A stretch of 63,984 nt of DNA, the filler included, from Octopus bimaculoides (lineage: Eukaryota), in NCBI RefSeq assembly GCF_001194135.2. It is 5 parts of 5 records of this genome, joined end to end, with 100 filler letters (N's around TTAATTAATTAA, not from the genome) between each part and the next. Parts side by side here need not be neighbours in the genome. Positions count along the whole stretch, not along the records: positions 57,357 to 62,493 come from NW_026426463.1; positions 62,594 to 63,984 come from NC_068988.1; 3 more parts are not named here. One strand, 5' to 3'. Within the stretch, counting starts at the first letter, position 1. Each line of letters opens with the position of its first letter. Position numbers and translations under genes: made by a program. Of this stretch, positions 61,270-63,984 are shown piece by piece. The notes beneath the pieces are model-generated. The model saw nothing but the letters and a program-made list of their open reading frames with translations, searched no databases and was not told where the DNA came from.

Positions 61270-62150
61270 GGGCGGAGAGCGGGCAGAATCGTTAGCACAC
61301 TGAGCAGAATGCTTAGTGGCATTTCGTACATCTTTACGTCCTGGGTTCAAATTCCACTGAGGTCAAGTTTGCCTTTCATTTTTTTTAGAGTCAATAAATT
61401 AAATACCAGTCGAGCACTGAGATCAATGTAATTGACTATCCCCCTCCCCTCACCCAAAATTTCAGGCCTTGTGCCTATAGTCGAAAAGGTTATTATTTCC
61501 ACATTTAAGGCGACGAGCCGGCAAAATTGTTATTACGCCGGACAAACTGCTTAGCGGCATTTCGTCCGTCTTCATGTCTTAAGTTCAAATTTCGCCAGGG
61601 TCGACTTTGTTTTGCTTTCTATCGTGTTCGAGAAAATAAATACCAGTTGTACACTGGGGTGGATGTAATCGACTTAACCCCTTCCCTGAACTTGCTGGTC
61701 TTGTGCCAAAACTTGAAATTATTATCATCATCACCATTAAGGCGGTGAGCTGGCAGAATCGTTAGTGTGCTGCACGAAATGCTTAGCGGTATTTCGCCTG
61801 TCACTACGTTCCGAGTTCAAATTCCGCTGAAGTCGACTTTGCCTTTCATCATTTCGGGGTCCATAAATTAAGTACCAGTGAAACACTGGAATTGATGTAA
61901 TCGACTATTCCCCTCCCCTCAAATTTCAGGTCTTGTGTCCATAGTAGAAAGCATTATTATTAATTCCATAGTTAAGGAGGCGAGGTGGCAAAATGCATCG
62001 CGGTATTTCGTCTTTACATTCTGAGTTCAAATTCCGCCGAGGTCAACTTTGGCTTTCGTCTTTTCAGGGTCGATAAAATAAGTATCAGATGTAATCGACT
62101 GGACCTCTCCCCCAACATTGCTGGCCATGTGCCAAAATTTGAAACCATTA
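61270..62150 (+). mobile_element. Array of four head-to-tail SINE family A copies
   Basis: Heads at about 61270, 61507, 61739 and 61973; TSD ttccacattt at 61260-61269 and 61497-61506. Confidence 0.92.
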
Positions 62151-62730
62151 TCATTTCTACACTTTTGGTGGCATCGTTTGCAGACCGTTCTCAGACTAAC
62201 AAATACGTGACATTTAGAAATATTTAGCGAAGCCAACTATGGATGGCGTTGCTCCAGTATGGACGCAACCAACAGGCTAGAATTAAAAAATACTGTAACA
62301 GGTTAGGTTTGATACATTAAACCAAACCAATGCTTTGTCACTTACAAACTAGACGGGAAGAAAAAGGAAGGGTTGAAGTGGGAGATGGGAGGAATGAAGG
62401 GGAATTGAAGGGGGAGACAGGAGGAAAAAGGGAGAGTTGAAGGGGGGGGACGGGAGGGATAAGGGAGAGACGGGAGAAGGGAGAGTTGAAGGGNNNNNNN
62501 NNNNNNNNNNNNNNNNNNNNNNNNNNNNNNNNNNNNNTTAATTAATTAANNNNNNNNNNNNNNNNNNNNNNNNNNNNNNNNNNNNNNNNNNNNTGCAATA
62601 CTGCTGGATGTAGAAGAGAAGATAGAGGTCTTCCAAGTAACGAGAACGCCACCGAAGAACTGGCAAGGGCAGACACTGGAGGTAACCATTCAGGCTGAAT
62701 TTCATGTTTCAAAACGTTGCTTACTTTTTA

Positions 62731-62822
62731 TAGCAGAAGCAACAGAGTGACTCAACGGCCGAAAGTTTTGGGCGTTGGCACTTATGTCACTCGGCTTTTG
62801 TGTCACTTTGTTGCTTCTACTA
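62731..62822. other. 92-nt imperfect hairpin with 21-bp outer stem
   Basis: tagcagaagcaacagagtgac / gtcactttgttgcttctacta (2 mismatches). Confidence 0.75.
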
Positions 62823-62994
62823 AATATTAATAAAAAATGTTCATTTCTATTTTTCATGCTTGCATCACCAAGCCTATATGTATGTATGAATGGAGTGTAA
62901 TTTGAAGCACTATTGCAGCATAGTGCAGAGGCGGTGGGTTATCAATGATATGGAAAACAATAGTAATACAAATAGAGAAAAATTAAATATAATC

Positions 62995-63147
62995 CTTTCT
63001 ACTAAAGGCACAAGGCCTGAAATTTTGGGGGAAGGGGCTATTCAATTACATCGACCTCAGTATTTCACCCCGAAAGGCAAAGTTGATCCCAGCGGAATTT
63101 GCGCTCAGAACGCGTGCCCCGCGTGCTAACGATTCTGCCAGCTTGCA
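62995..63147 (-). mobile_element. Degenerate SINE family A
   Basis: aaggcacaaggcctgaaatttt tail...gattctgccagcttg head. Confidence 0.8.
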
Positions 63148-63324
63148 GCCCTGAGAAATATGAAATATAAGAAGAACAAAAATTAAACTTTTCCGACAAT
63201 CCATTTAAAACTGATGTTAGATACACTTTCCCAAAGAGCGATAAAAACACTAGAATGCATCTGAATTCATTGCAGGTTCGTATCTCAGGTGGAGCACTTT
63301 AACTTCGCTATAATACAGAGGTTT

Positions 63325-63984
63325 GTTACAAGTCTGTTTTATCTTGAGCATAGAAATTCTAAAATCATCACAATATATCCTAAGTCTGCAGGAAATAAAT
63401 GTATTTTTGATCTTATAATATTTCCCATCATTTTTGATAACATAAACCCATCCGTTTGGCAAATTGCTGCTCCCTCGCACATAAAATCCTTCAAGTTTGG
63501 AAGTGAAGAAGGATTTAATATCAATTTTAACTGCTCCATAATTAATAAACTGTTTTCCCGCTAAATAACTTTGCAACGATCTGAAAAGATGATTGTCTGA
63601 CGAAGTAATGTGAAGAGAGCAAGTATAGTAAGGCAAGATTTCCATATTTAGTGCCATAATATTTTTTTCTGTGTCAAGGGAAATATGTGGTCTTGCATTA
63701 TTATTTACGATTGACCAAATGATGGCTTTTTTTTTTTTTTCCTGCAAATCTTTGTGTAATGTTTCCAATTGACGATAATGCTTAAACTGTTTCGTTTTGG
63801 TTTAATACTTCATGATAAACAGCATTTTTCATTTTCTTCCAAACACAGAGCATAACTTTTTTTTTTCTGGTGTAGTCCTGGTGTGGGAATTAATTCTCCT
63901 TTTTCGTTAGGTGCTGACCATTGTCATTTACGTCGGATATGATTATAGAGACCCCACTTTTTATCACTTTAGATGATTCTACCT
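63325..63984 (-). mobile_element. Mariner transposase relic (DD34D-type C-terminal half)
   Basis: KKVMLCVW...VYHEVLNQNETV, NNARPHIS, SSDNHLFRSLQSYLAGKQF and FYVRG..LP..W..VI...GKY. Confidence 0.88.

Noticed and set aside
62346-62348. Apparent 3-nt micro-exon (ctag|TTT|gtaagt) on the minus strand
   Set aside because: The pyrimidine tract comes from an adjacent GGA-rich simple repeat; chance is likely.

Overview
AT-rich eukaryotic (animal) genomic scaffold, mostly intronic or intergenic. It has many N gaps and very dense di-, tri- and tetranucleotide microsatellites. The SINE repertoire and repeat landscape look like an octopus (coleoid cephalopod) draft assembly; this is an inference from pattern recognition, not a database result. 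No confidently identifiable host protein-coding gene, rRNA, true tRNA gene or CRISPR array was found, and almost all listed ORFs are microsatellite or N-gap artefacts or transposon relics. Supported content: about 40 tRNA-headed SINE copies in at least four families (called A-D here); R4/Dong-type RLE retrotransposon fragments sitting in (TAA)n tracts; RTE, HERO-like and Penelope (Neptune-like) retroelement relics; mariner, hAT, Merlin and pogo/Tigger relics; and several MITEs and fold-backs. Most notable: (1) a tRNA-headed SINE-like element whose tail contains a minimal type I hammerhead ribozyme (8878-9130); (2) a second, canonical hammerhead (27374-27417), with decayed hammerhead motifs elsewhere; (3) a 196-bp, 99% identical local inverted duplication with a snap-back hairpin at its breakpoint; (4) a hairpin plus direct-repeat element with an exon-like ORF; (5) a speculative chain of phase-compatible micro-exons on the minus strand. 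Repeat boundaries were placed by eye and are approximate unless TIRs or TSDs are quoted.
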